This document shows, piece by piece, positions 10,104 through 19,587 of a stretch of 64,000 nt of DNA. Origin of the DNA: Candidatus Ratteibacteria bacterium (GTDB lineage: Bacteria > Ratteibacteria > UBA8468 > B48-G9 > JAFGKM01). The translations under genes were made by a program, and so were the position numbers. The notes beneath the pieces are model-generated. The model saw only the letters and a program-made list of their open reading frames with translations, ran no database searches and had not been told where the DNA came from. The stretch spans positions 8,880 to 72,879 of the forward strand of contig JBKBIN010000003.1 of the NCBI GenBank assembly GCA_046296715.1, written 5' to 3'. Numbering within the stretch: the first letter of the stretch is position 1; every line of letters starts with the position of its first letter.

Positions 10104-10882
10104 CTGAAATTGAAAAAAAATTCATTGAATTAGAAAAGAAGAGAGAGAAAGCATTGATTTTATATTTCACAGCAGGTTTTCCTTCTTTTGAAGAATCAAT
10201 AAATATAATTAAAAAAAGTGCTGAAAAAGGAGCAGATTTAATTGAAATCGGAATACCTTTTTCTGACCCAATTGCTGATGGACCGATAATTCAGTATACA
10301 TCAACTAAAGCCCTTGAAAATGGAATAAATACTGATAAATGTTTTAAACTTGCTTTCTTACTGAAAAAATCAATAAAGATACCATATTTATTTATGACTT
10401 ATTTTAATCCTGTTTATAAATATGGAATAGAAAAATTTGCTGATAGATGTGTTGAGTGTGGAGTTAGTGGCTTAATAATTCCTGATCTTCCATATGAAGA
10501 AAGTTTTGAAATAAGAAAAATTTTAAAGGAAAGGAATATTAATTTAATCTATTTTTTGACACCTTTTACATCAGAACAAAGAGCCAAAAAAATTATAAAA
10601 ATGGCAAATGGTTTCATTTATTTTATAAGTATTGCAGGAACGACAGGACCCAAAGAAGATATAAGTTTAGAAACAATAAGTTCAATAAAAAGAATAAAGA
10701 AAATTACAAAAATACCTGTTGCTCTTGGTTTTGGGATATCAAATAAAAAGCAGATTAAAAAAGTGAAGCGGTATGTTGACGGAATAATAATTGGAAGTTT
10801 TCTGTTAAAAAAAATAATAGATGGAAAAGTGAAAGAGATAGAACAATTTATAGTTGAATTTAAAAAAGAGTTAAAAACTTAA
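10100..10882 (+). CDS. trpA: Tryptophan synthase alpha chain
   Basis: ATGA overlap with trpB. TrpA-like sequence throughout ([28 protein letters not shown]). Confidence 0.9.
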   Translation: MTEIEKKFIELEKKREKALILYFTAGFPSFEESINIIKKSAEKGADLIEIGIPFSDPIADGPIIQYTSTKALENGINTDKCFKLAFLLKKSIKIPYLFMTYFNPVYKYGIEKFADRCVECGVSGLIIPDLPYEESFEIRKILKERNINLIYFLTPFTSEQRAKKIIKMANGFIYFISIAGTTGPKEDISLETISSIKRIKKITKIPVALGFGISNKKQIKKVKRYVDGIIIGSFLLKKIIDGKVKEIEQFIVEFKKELKT

Positions 10883-10974
10883 AATTACCACTTAATTTTT
10901 AATTTTTCATATTTGAAAAATTAATTGAAATTTCAAAACATAGAAGGTAAAATTAATCAGAAGGAGAAAATAAA

Positions 10975-11709
10975 ATGAAAAAATTAATGAAAACGATAAA
11001 AAAAGTTTTATTTTTGATTATTATATTAGGAGTTTGCGGTGGTGGTTGGTTTTATTATAACAAATACAAAACAGAAAAACTAAGAAAATTAGCAGAAGAA
11101 GAAAAGAGAAGACAAGAAGAACTTGAAAAAGAAAAGCAAAGGAAATTACTTGAAGAAAAACAAAGAGAATTTGAAAATCTAATAAGTGAAATAGAAAATT
11201 ATTTTAAGAAAGGCGATTATACAAAAGTAAAAGAAGTATCAGAAAAAGCATTAACTCTTGCTGAACAATTTAATTTCCCAAAAGATAGAATAAATCAAAT
11301 CCTTCACCAAATAGAAGTAAATACTTATCTTGCAAAACTTAGAAAACTTGAAAAAGAAAATGAGGATATTTACAAATATTTCTATGTGAGAAGTGAATTA
11401 CAGAAGATACCATCAATAAAAGAAATCTCAAATCTTAAAGAAAAAATACTTAAAAAAACATGTGAAAACGAGTATAGTGTGAAACTTATTTTAGCATATA
11501 ATGCACTTGAAGAATTAAAAAAAGGAATAGAACCATCTTATAATTATTTTATTAGCAGAAAATTATATTCAGAGGCAAAAAAAATGAGAGAAAGCAAAAA
11601 TTTTATTAAAAAACAAAAACTTGAAGATGAAATTCAAAATTTACAAAATGAACTATATTTTACCTCTAAATCTCTTTACAAAAATACGATTCCAACTTCT
11701 CTTTACTGA
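10975..11709 (+). CDS. Hypothetical membrane-anchored coiled-coil protein
   Basis: N-terminal TM segment (VLFLIIILGVCGGGWFYY) then a K/E-rich coiled coil. RBS GGAGA upstream. Confidence 0.5.
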   Translation: MKKLMKTIKKVLFLIIILGVCGGGWFYYNKYKTEKLRKLAEEEKRRQEELEKEKQRKLLEEKQREFENLISEIENYFKKGDYTKVKEVSEKALTLAEQFNFPKDRINQILHQIEVNTYLAKLRKLEKENEDIYKYFYVRSELQKIPSIKEISNLKEKILKKTCENEYSVKLILAYNALEELKKGIEPSYNYFISRKLYSEAKKMRESKNFIKKQKLEDEIQNLQNELYFTSKSLYKNTIPTSLY

Positions 11710-11712
11710 AAA

Positions 11713-13005
11713 ATGGATAGAAAATCAGTGAAAATTGGAGTTATTGGATGTGGCACTGTTGGTTCAAGTTTTATAAAGAATTTGATAAAGAAGAAAAAAA
11801 TAATAAAAGATAAAACTGGAATTGAAATAAATATTTTAAAGGTTTTTGATAAAGACGAAAGTAAACTTAAACAATTTAAAAATATTTCTGCAAACTCTCC
11901 TGATGAAATAATTGAAAATAAAGAGATTGACATAGTTGCTGAATTAATTGGTGGGACTGATTATGCATATCAATATATTACAAAAGCAATTGAAAAGGGA
12001 AAATCAATTGTTACAGCAAATAAAGCATTACTTTCAAAATATGGAGAAGAGTTATTCAAAAAAGCAAAAAGTAAAAATGTTTATATAGGATTTGAAGCAA
12101 GTGTCGCAGGTGCAATACCAATTATAAAATCTCTAAAAGAAAGTTTTTTAGGAAATAGAATAACAAAAATTTTTGGGATTTTAAATGGAACTACAAACTT
12201 TATTCTTTCAGAAATGTATTACAATGAGATAAATTTCAATGAAGGAGTTGAAAAAGCAAAAAAACTTGGATATGCTGAATCAGATCCAACCCTTGACATA
12301 AAGGGTTATGACACTGCGCATAAAATTCTTATACTTACTTATTTAATATCAGGGAAATTTTTTCAGATAGACAAAATTTTTGTTGAAGGAATAGATAAAA
12401 TAGAACCAATTGATATAAAATTTGCAAGTGAATTCGGATACAGAATTAAACTTCTTGGTATATGCAAAAAAGAAGAAGAGAAATTAGAGATTAGAGTTCA
12501 CCCAACCTTACTTCCAAAATCACATTTACTATCACTTGTTGAAGGAGTTAACAATGCAATCTATGTTGAAGGAGATTTAATAGGGAAATCTCTTTTTTAC
12601 GGTGAAGGCGCTGGAGGAAATGCAGCAAGTAGTTCTGTAATAAGTGATGTTGTGGATATAAGTAAAAAGATTCTTTACAAAAGTTTTGTTGAAGAAAATT
12701 TTGAATCAGAACCTTCTTTATCTTTAAAAACATTTGAAGAAATTGAAACAAATTATTATTTTAGATTTACAGCAATTGATAAACCTGGAGTTCTTGCAAA
12801 AATATCAAAAATCCTTGGAGATAACAAGATAAGTATTTCATCTGTAATTCAAAAACAAGACAATCCTAAAAAAGCAGTTCCAATTATAATGTTAACCCAT
12901 AAAGCAAAAGAAAAAAATGTAAGAAAAGCAATAAAAGAAATAGATAAACTTGATGTAATAAAAAATCCAACAATTATTATACGACTTGAAAAGGATATTA
13001 TGTAA
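11713..13005 (+). CDS. hom: Homoserine dehydrogenase
   Basis: NAD-binding motif VKIGVIGCGTVG, catalytic domain, and a C-terminal ACT domain. 430 aa. Confidence 0.85.
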   Translation: MDRKSVKIGVIGCGTVGSSFIKNLIKKKKIIKDKTGIEINILKVFDKDESKLKQFKNISANSPDEIIENKEIDIVAELIGGTDYAYQYITKAIEKGKSIVTANKALLSKYGEELFKKAKSKNVYIGFEASVAGAIPIIKSLKESFLGNRITKIFGILNGTTNFILSEMYYNEINFNEGVEKAKKLGYAESDPTLDIKGYDTAHKILILTYLISGKFFQIDKIFVEGIDKIEPIDIKFASEFGYRIKLLGICKKEEEKLEIRVHPTLLPKSHLLSLVEGVNNAIYVEGDLIGKSLFYGEGAGGNAASSSVISDVVDISKKILYKSFVEENFESEPSLSLKTFEEIETNYYFRFTAIDKPGVLAKISKILGDNKISISSVIQKQDNPKKAVPIIMLTHKAKEKNVRKAIKEIDKLDVIKNPTIIIRLEKDIM

Positions 13006-13007
13006 AT

Positions 13008-13421
13008 CTAATCCCTTTCCGTTACTTTCTCCTTTTCAAATTCTTTAAGTTGAGATAAAAAATCTCCTATTTCGTTTTCTGTTTCATCCCATTTTATTTC
13101 TTCTTTTGGAAACATTTTTGTCTCTTTCACAACATAAAGTAAAAATAAATCATCCCCTTTTTCCTTTATATAATTAATTGCTTCTCTTCTGCTTTCAAAA
13201 AGTAATTCTCCCCTTTCTAATACTGGGATTCTCTTTAATTCTTCTTCAGATAAATTTCTAATTGCAGCATACATAATTGCAGAGAGAGTAAATTCTTTTG
13301 AAAGGAAGATTTCTTCTACGATCTGTTCTCCTGTACTTATTCCTGTTTTAAGTGCTTCCTCTGGAGAAAGACATAAATATACTTTTGGTCTAATTCTATA
13401 TCTTTTAATTTCCTTCTCCAC
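13008..13421 (-). CDS. Hypothetical protein
   Basis: 137-aa ORF with coding-like composition, divergent from the first UroD-like gene. No recognisable motif. Confidence 0.4.
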   Translation of the reverse strand: MEKEIKRYRIRPKVYLCLSPEEALKTGISTGEQIVEEIFLSKEFTLSAIMYAAIRNLSEEELKRIPVLERGELLFESRREAINYIKEKGDDLFLLYVVKETKMFPKEEIKWDETENEIGDFLSQLKEFEKEKVTERD

Positions 13422-13468
13422 ATTTTTATTTTACCTGAAATTTTTTATTCTGTATAATATTTTTTTAT

Positions 13469-14563
13469 ATGAAAATAAAATTTCCAGAACCTGATATAGA
13501 CAGTTTTAAAAAAGTCCTCTCAAGAAAAGATAAAGGATACAGAGTTCATTGCTGTGAACTTCATATAGATGAAGAAATTTTGAAATTTTTATTTGAATAT
13601 TTATTTGAAGAAAAATGGATTGAACCAGTTGATTATCAGACACAGAAAAAAACAATTGAAAATATTGTAAAAATTTATTATAAACTTGGTTTTGATACAA
13701 TCAGATTAAGTTCCTATTTTAGATTTTCTTCAAATTTAAAGTTTGATTTACCAAAAAAAGAAATATCTGACACTGCTTTGTTTTCTCGTGGGAAAAGAAA
13801 ATGGATAGATGAAAAACAGGGATTGATAAAAAACTGGAATGATTTTAACAATTATCTATGGCCAGAACCAGAAAAAATTGACTTATGGGTTTTTGAATAT
13901 TTATGTGAAATTTTGCCTGAAAATATGGGAATTTTTTTATCTATCTCTCAAGGAATTTTTGAAACGGTTATGTTTTTGTTTGGTCTGGAAAATTTATGCT
14001 ATCTCATTTATGATGATGAAGAACTTGTAAAAAAAACAACAGAAAAGGTTGGTGAAATAATTTATAAAGCAATTGAAAAATTTATTAAATTGGAGAAAAT
14101 TACTGGAATATTTCAAGGTGATGATATGGGATTTAAAACACAGACCTTACTACCACCTGAATTCTTTAAAAAATACATTCTTCCATGGCATAAAAAAATT
14201 TCTGAACTTGCACATCAAAATAAAAAATTTTATGTTTTACATTCCTGCGGAAATATTGATTTATTGATGGATTTTTTAATTGAAGAAGTTAAAATTGATG
14301 CAAAACATTCATTTGAAGATGAAATTATGCCTGTCTGGAAATTTAAAGAAAAATATGGAAATAGAGTTGGAATTATTGGTGGTGTTGATGTCGGAAAATT
14401 ATCTTTGCAAAAAGAAGACGAATTAAGAAAATATATTAGAAAAATTCTTGAAAAATGTAATGGTCCTGGCTATATATTCGGTTCTGGAAATTCCATAACA
14501 AATTATATCCCAATTAAAAATTTTCTAATAATGCTTGAAGAAGGTTATAGTTTCAAAATTTAA
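13469..14563 (+). CDS. Uroporphyrinogen decarboxylase (URO-D)/MtaA-CmuA-family protein, paralogue 1
   Basis: About 360 aa. Shares with paralogues 2 and 3 the blocks FQGDDMGFKT, HSCGNI and IIGGVDV typical of the URO-D-like methyltransferase/decarboxylase superfamily. Confidence 0.7.
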   Translation: MKIKFPEPDIDSFKKVLSRKDKGYRVHCCELHIDEEILKFLFEYLFEEKWIEPVDYQTQKKTIENIVKIYYKLGFDTIRLSSYFRFSSNLKFDLPKKEISDTALFSRGKRKWIDEKQGLIKNWNDFNNYLWPEPEKIDLWVFEYLCEILPENMGIFLSISQGIFETVMFLFGLENLCYLIYDDEELVKKTTEKVGEIIYKAIEKFIKLEKITGIFQGDDMGFKTQTLLPPEFFKKYILPWHKKISELAHQNKKFYVLHSCGNIDLLMDFLIEEVKIDAKHSFEDEIMPVWKFKEKYGNRVGIIGGVDVGKLSLQKEDELRKYIRKILEKCNGPGYIFGSGNSITNYIPIKNFLIMLEEGYSFKI

Positions 14564-15645
14564 ATATATTTAATACCTTCATCCAGCATAATAAGATAGT
14601 TTTCAACTGGAATATAATTTGCAATTGAATTTCCACTCCCCAAAGCGTATCTATAAGGCATACAATTATCAAGTATTTCTCTTACATATCTTCTTAAATT
14701 AACTTCGTCAAAAGTAGCAAGTTTATTTACATCAACACCCCCTAAAACAGAAATCTTATCACCAAATTTCTTTTTAAATTCCCAAACAGGAATAATTTCA
14801 TCCTGAAAAGAATGAAAAGCATCTATTTTAACATCCTCAATAAAATCATCTATAATATTTAAAATATTTCCACAGCAATGAAACCAATACATCTTTCCTT
14901 TTTTATGAGCGATTTCTGCATATTTTTTATGCCAAGGAATAACAAGTTTTCTTAAATGTTCTAGAGACAAAAAAGTTCCTGTTTTAAACCCAAGATCATC
15001 TCCTTGAAAAAACCCTTCAACATTCTCTATCTCAACAACATTTTTATAAAATTCATATATAATCTCACCTACTCTATTAAAAACACCTTCTAAAAGGGAA
15101 AAATCATCAAATATTAAATAACTCATATTTTCAAATCCAAGCAATGTTTCACTACTTATTTCAAAAACCCCACTACTTGGACAGACCAACATTTTCATTC
15201 CTTCTGGTAAGTTTTTTGATGCAAGTTCATATAATGAATAATCAATCTCTTCTTTTTTAGGCCAAGGATATTTTTCAAAATCTTCCCAGTTTTTTATCAT
15301 TCCCACGCTTTCCTCCACCCATCCTCTTTCTCCTTTTGATAATATTGCTGTATCTTTTGTCTTCCTTGATTTACCAAGAAAAGAAATTCCGCCAGCAATT
15401 CTCACATAATCATAACCACACCTATACCAAAAATTAATTTCTTGTTTTATGTATTTTTCTTTGTTTTCTTCAGAATAATTAACCCATTCTTCTCCTAAAT
15501 ATCTTTCTGTAATATATTTTTTAACTTCATAATCCATCAGAAGTTCTACAAAATGTACTTTTTCTGCTTTCTCTTTACCAAGAATAACTTTTTTAAATTT
15601 TTCAAAATCAGGTTTTGGATTACTTAAAGGAACTTTTAATCCCAT
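14560..15645 (-). CDS. URO-D/MtaA-CmuA-family protein, paralogue 2
   Basis: Convergent with paralogue 1, overlapping by 4 nt. Same conserved blocks (FQGDDLGFKT, HCCGNI, VLGGVDV). Confidence 0.7.
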   Translation of the reverse strand: MGLKVPLSNPKPDFEKFKKVILGKEKAEKVHFVELLMDYEVKKYITERYLGEEWVNYSEENKEKYIKQEINFWYRCGYDYVRIAGGISFLGKSRKTKDTAILSKGERGWVEESVGMIKNWEDFEKYPWPKKEEIDYSLYELASKNLPEGMKMLVCPSSGVFEISSETLLGFENMSYLIFDDFSLLEGVFNRVGEIIYEFYKNVVEIENVEGFFQGDDLGFKTGTFLSLEHLRKLVIPWHKKYAEIAHKKGKMYWFHCCGNILNIIDDFIEDVKIDAFHSFQDEIIPVWEFKKKFGDKISVLGGVDVNKLATFDEVNLRRYVREILDNCMPYRYALGSGNSIANYIPVENYLIMLDEGIKYI

Positions 15646-15669
15646 TTTTTCCTCCTTTCTTTTTTAATG

Positions 15670-15759
15670 CGGAGAGGGAGGGATTCGAACCCCCGTCCAC
15701 CTTTTTAAGGTGGAAGCCGATTTCGAGTCGGCCGCTTTCGTCCACTCAGCCACCTCTCC
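15670..15759 (-). tRNA. tRNA-Ser (anticodon CGA)
   Basis: Minus strand reads GGAGAGG-TG-D arm-GCCGA CTCGAAA TCGGC-long variable arm (TTCCACCTTAAAAAGGTGGAC)-GGGGGTTCGAATCCCTC-CCTCTCC-G. 7-bp acceptor stem, 5-bp anticodon stem, anticodon CGA at positions 34-36, T-loop TTCGAAT. No encoded CCA. Confidence 0.85.
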
Positions 15760-15763
15760 TTAT

Positions 15764-16420
15764 TTAAGTTCTCGGACCAAAAATTCCAGTTCCTATTCTT
15801 ATTATATTTGCTCCTTCTTCAATTGCTATCTTCCATGTATCTGTCATTCCCATTGATAAATATTTCATTTCAACATTTTTAAGTCCGAGATTTTTAAATT
15901 TTTCAAATAGATTCTTTGTTAATCTAAAATAAGGTCTTATATCTTCTGGATTTTTAACAAGAGGGCCCATTGTCATAAGTCCTTCTATTTTTATATTTTC
16001 AAGTTTTGAAATCTCATAAATTAATTTTTCAGCATCTTCAGGAAAAACTCCTGATTTCTGTCTTTCTTTTCCACTATTTATTTCAATTAAAATGGGATAA
16101 ACAATTCCTTTCTTTTTTGCCTGTTTATCAATTTCTTTTGCAAGAGTAAATGAATCAACTGTCTCAATTAAGTCAAATATTTCAATTGCTTTTTTCACTT
16201 TATTTGTCTGAAGATGTCCAATCATATGCCATTTAACAACTCTTCCAATTTTTAAAAACTTTCCTTCTGCTTCTTTAACATAATTTTCTCCAATAAACAT
16301 AATACCACTTTCAATTGCTTCTTTTATTTCTTCAACTGTCCTTCCTTTTGTCGCAGCAAGAAGAATTACATTTTCAGGTATTTGACTTAAAATTTCAATT
16401 ATTCTTTCTCTTATGCCCAT
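15764..16420 (-). CDS. yggS: YggS-family pyridoxal-phosphate homeostasis protein
   Basis: Alanine-racemase N-terminal domain fold sequence. Probable start MGIRERI at 16420, preceded by AAGGAA and an extended -10 TGTATAAT. The ORF-track start at 16450 is an upstream TTG. Confidence 0.75.
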   Translation of the reverse strand: MGIRERIIEILSQIPENVILLAATKGRTVEEIKEAIESGIMFIGENYVKEAEGKFLKIGRVVKWHMIGHLQTNKVKKAIEIFDLIETVDSFTLAKEIDKQAKKKGIVYPILIEINSGKERQKSGVFPEDAEKLIYEISKLENIKIEGLMTMGPLVKNPEDIRPYFRLTKNLFEKFKNLGLKNVEMKYLSMGMTDTWKIAIEEGANIIRIGTGIFGPRT

Positions 16421-16472
16421 TTTTGAATTCCTTATTTTTTTATTATACAATTTTTAAAAAAGGAGGCTAAAA

Positions 16473-18134
16473 GTGTTTTCCATAGGAATTGATTTTGGAA
16501 CAAATTCAGCAAGAGGAGTAATATTAAATCTTGAAGAAGGAAAAGTTATTTCAGAAAGTATTGTTAATTATCCTTCAGGGATTGATGGAGTTATCATTGA
16601 CGAAAAAGATATTCACCTTGCAAGACAAAATCCTAAAGATTATCATATATGTCTTGAGAAACTTCTAAAAGAATTAATTAAAAAAGCAAAAAAAGAAAAA
16701 TCATTTTCAGTTAATAAGATTGTTGGAATTGGAATTGATACAACTGGATCTACGCCTTTACCAGTCGACAAAAATCTCGTTCCTCTTTGTTTTTATGATG
16801 AATTTAAAAATAATCCAAATGCAATGGCATGGCTATGGAAAGACCATACTTCAAGTGATGAAGCAGAAGAAATAACACAACTTGCAAAAAAAATAAGACC
16901 TCAATACCTTTCAAAAATTGGAGGTGTCTATTCATCAGAATGGTTTTTCTCCAAGTTATTACATCTTTCAAGAGTAGATAAGAAAGTTTTTAATGCAATG
17001 GAATCATTTATAGAAATTTGTGATTATATACCAGCTATCCTTTCAGGTGTAAAAAATCCGAAACAGGTAAAAAGAAGTATATGTGCTGCTGGACATAAAG
17101 CAATGTATAACGAAATTTGGGGTGGCTTACCTGATAATGAATTTCTTGAAAAACTGGACCCTTCTTTTAAAAATATAAAAGAAAAACTTTATGAAAAAGC
17201 ATATCCAAGTGACCAGATAGCAGGATATCTATCTAAGGAATGGAGTCAAAAAACAGGGTTGCCCCAAGGGATTCCAATAAGTGTTGGAGCATTTGATGCT
17301 CATATGGGTGCAGTTGGCGCAGGAATAAAAGAAGGAACCTTGGTAAAAATAATAGGGACTTCTTCATGTGATATGATGATTTATCCTAAGGATAAAGAAT
17401 TAAAAGATATACCTGGCATTTGTGGTATTGTACCTGATTCAATAGTCCCTGGTTTTTATGGAATTGAAGCAGGTCAATCAGCAGTTGGCGATATATTTTA
17501 CTGGTTTGCAAAAAAATTTATACCAAAATTTAGTTCAGACCCTTACAAATACTTTACAAAAAAAGCAGAAAAAATTAAACCAGGACAAACAGGTCTTCTC
17601 TGTCTTGATTGGCATAATGGAAATAGAACTATACTTGTTGACCAAAAATTAACAGGACTTATTGTTGGTCTAACATTAAATACAAAACCTGAAGATGTCT
17701 TTAGATGTTTAATTGAAGGAACTGGCTTTGGAGGTAGAGTTATAATTGAAAGAGTTGAAGAATATGATGTTAAAATAAAAGAAATAATTGCAACCGGTGG
17801 TATAGCAGAAAAAAATCCTTTAATAATGCAAATCTATGCTGATATAATGAATAGAGATATTAAGATTTCTGATTTACCACAAACATGTGCAGTTGGAGCA
17901 GGTATTTTTGGGGCAATTGTTGGAAAATATTTTAATTCTATAGAACAAGCCCAGCAAAAAATTTGTAAATTTAGTAAAAAAATCTATAAACCTAAAAGTG
18001 ATAATGTTAAGATTTATGAAAAATTATATCGTCTTTATAAACAACTACACGATTCATTCGGGACAAATGACTATAATGGAAGTTTATATAATGTAATGAA
18101 GGAACTTTTAAAAATAAAAAAGGAAAGTCAATGA
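16473..18134 (+). CDS. FGGY-family carbohydrate kinase (ribulokinase-like)
   Basis: GTG start behind AAGGAGG. FGGY N-terminus IGIDFGTNSARGV. About 550 aa, typical of AraB-type ribulokinases. Confidence 0.7.
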   Translation: MFSIGIDFGTNSARGVILNLEEGKVISESIVNYPSGIDGVIIDEKDIHLARQNPKDYHICLEKLLKELIKKAKKEKSFSVNKIVGIGIDTTGSTPLPVDKNLVPLCFYDEFKNNPNAMAWLWKDHTSSDEAEEITQLAKKIRPQYLSKIGGVYSSEWFFSKLLHLSRVDKKVFNAMESFIEICDYIPAILSGVKNPKQVKRSICAAGHKAMYNEIWGGLPDNEFLEKLDPSFKNIKEKLYEKAYPSDQIAGYLSKEWSQKTGLPQGIPISVGAFDAHMGAVGAGIKEGTLVKIIGTSSCDMMIYPKDKELKDIPGICGIVPDSIVPGFYGIEAGQSAVGDIFYWFAKKFIPKFSSDPYKYFTKKAEKIKPGQTGLLCLDWHNGNRTILVDQKLTGLIVGLTLNTKPEDVFRCLIEGTGFGGRVIIERVEEYDVKIKEIIATGGIAEKNPLIMQIYADIMNRDIKISDLPQTCAVGAGIFGAIVGKYFNSIEQAQQKICKFSKKIYKPKSDNVKIYEKLYRLYKQLHDSFGTNDYNGSLYNVMKELLKIKKESQ

Positions 18135-18820
18135 ATGATTTGAAAAAGAAAGTTTTAAAAGCAAATATTTTTTTGTGGAGAAATAATCTTGTTTACGGAA
18201 CACAAGGAAATGTAAGTGGAATAGATAGAGATAACAAAATAGTTTATATAAAACCAAGTGGGGTTCCCTACGAAGAACTTGATGAAAATAAGATTGTCGG
18301 AGTTGATTTAGAAGGTAAAATTAAAGAAGGAAATTTAAAACCATCCGTTGATACTCCACATCATTTATATATTTATAGAAATATAGAAGAAGTTAAGGGT
18401 GTGTGTCATACCCATTCAAAATTCATAACTGTTTTTTCTATTCTTGGTATCTCAATACCTGTTCTTTCAACTACTCATGCAGATGTTTTTGGGAAAGAAA
18501 TTCCTGTTTCAAAATATGTTGATAATACTTCTGATAATATTGGAAGAGAAATTTTAAGGATATATGAAAAGATAAAGAGTCCTGCTATTATTTTAAAAAA
18601 TCATGGTCTTTTCTGTTTTGCAGAATCCCCTGAAAAAGCATCCTTTTATGCGCTTATGAGTGAATATTGTGCAGAAATTTTTTACTATACAATAATTGCT
18701 GGAAAAATCTTAAATAAAAAAATCAAAACTTTGCCTATGAAAGAAATTAAAAAATGGTATGAAAGATACCACTCAGAAAGATATGGACAAAAAGGAGGAA
18801 TAAATGGAAATAAGATTTGA
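18131..18820 (+). CDS. Class II aldolase/epimerase (L-ribulose-5-phosphate 4-epimerase-like)
   Basis: ATGA overlap with the kinase. Class-II aldolase motifs (GNVSG, HTHS). 229 aa. Confidence 0.7.
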   Translation: MNDLKKKVLKANIFLWRNNLVYGTQGNVSGIDRDNKIVYIKPSGVPYEELDENKIVGVDLEGKIKEGNLKPSVDTPHHLYIYRNIEEVKGVCHTHSKFITVFSILGISIPVLSTTHADVFGKEIPVSKYVDNTSDNIGREILRIYEKIKSPAIILKNHGLFCFAESPEKASFYALMSEYCAEIFYYTIIAGKILNKKIKTLPMKEIKKWYERYHSERYGQKGGINGNKI

Positions 18821-19130
18821 AGAATTTAAAAAATTGGATTTAAGGGTTGGAAAAATTATTGAAGTTGAAGATGTTGCTGGAGCCGATAAAATTTATCTAA
18901 TAACTGTTGATATAGGAGATGAAAAAAGGAAAATGGTTGCTGGTATAAAACCATGGTATAACAAAGAGGAATTAATAGGAAAAAATATTGTAGTTATTGT
19001 TAATCTTGAACCAAAAGTAATCAGAGGAATTGAAAGTAAAGGTATGCTTCTTGCAACTCTTTTTGATAATAAACTTTCAATTTTAACAACTGACAAAGAA
19101 GATGTTCCACCAGGAAGTAAGATTACTTAA
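18804..19130 (+). CDS. tRNA-binding domain protein (CsaA/Trbp111-like)
   Basis: 108 aa with an OB-fold tRNA-binding signature (LDLRVGKIIEVE...). Overlaps the preceding gene by 17 nt. Confidence 0.7.
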   Translation: MEIRFEEFKKLDLRVGKIIEVEDVAGADKIYLITVDIGDEKRKMVAGIKPWYNKEELIGKNIVVIVNLEPKVIRGIESKGMLLATLFDNKLSILTTDKEDVPPGSKIT

Positions 19131-19587
19131 TTTTTTTAAATATATATCCAGAAACAAAAAGAAAAAAAATCATTACAGAAACAGGAATCCAGACAGGTGC
19201 AATCCAAGGAGAAGGAATTAAAAAAAGGCAGTCAATAGTTTTTAATGAAGGTGGCCAGTTAATAAGAATTTTTAAAGTTATATAATAAAACAAATCCCAA
19301 ATAGCAAAAATCCAAAAAAATGTAGCAATCTTTCTTATTAATTTTTTTTCAGACAAAATTGATACACAGAATATTATAATAATAGGAGCAATTTCCCTTG
19401 TTTTTTCAATAAAAAGTAAACTATAACCCTTTTCCCCTGTAACAACAAGTGGTTTTAAAAGTTCTAAAATAGTTAATTTTGTTAAATCTGGTTGAATTTT
19501 TGTTAATATTTCCCTTATATAGATAACAACAACTCCCTCCCACCAACCACAAACAATCCCAATTAAAGTATAAAAAAATAATCTCAT
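19123..19587 (-). CDS. Hypothetical integral membrane protein
   Basis: 154 aa with 4-5 hydrophobic segments. Stop/start overlap with the UroD-like paralogue 3. Confidence 0.45.
   Translation of the reverse strand: MRLFFYTLIGIVCGWWEGVVVIYIREILTKIQPDLTKLTILELLKPLVVTGEKGYSLLFIEKTREIAPIIIIFCVSILSEKKLIRKIATFFWIFAIWDLFYYITLKILINWPPSLKTIDCLFLIPSPWIAPVWIPVSVMIFFLFVSGYIFKKIK

Noticed and set aside
15646-15763. Possible genomic-island integration at tRNA-Ser (the UroD-like genes lie at its 3' side).
   Set aside because: I looked for a direct repeat of the tRNA 3' end in 13006-13470. Only a weak, wrongly oriented partial match (AATCCCTTTCCG) turned up. There is no integrase adjacent, so no island is called.
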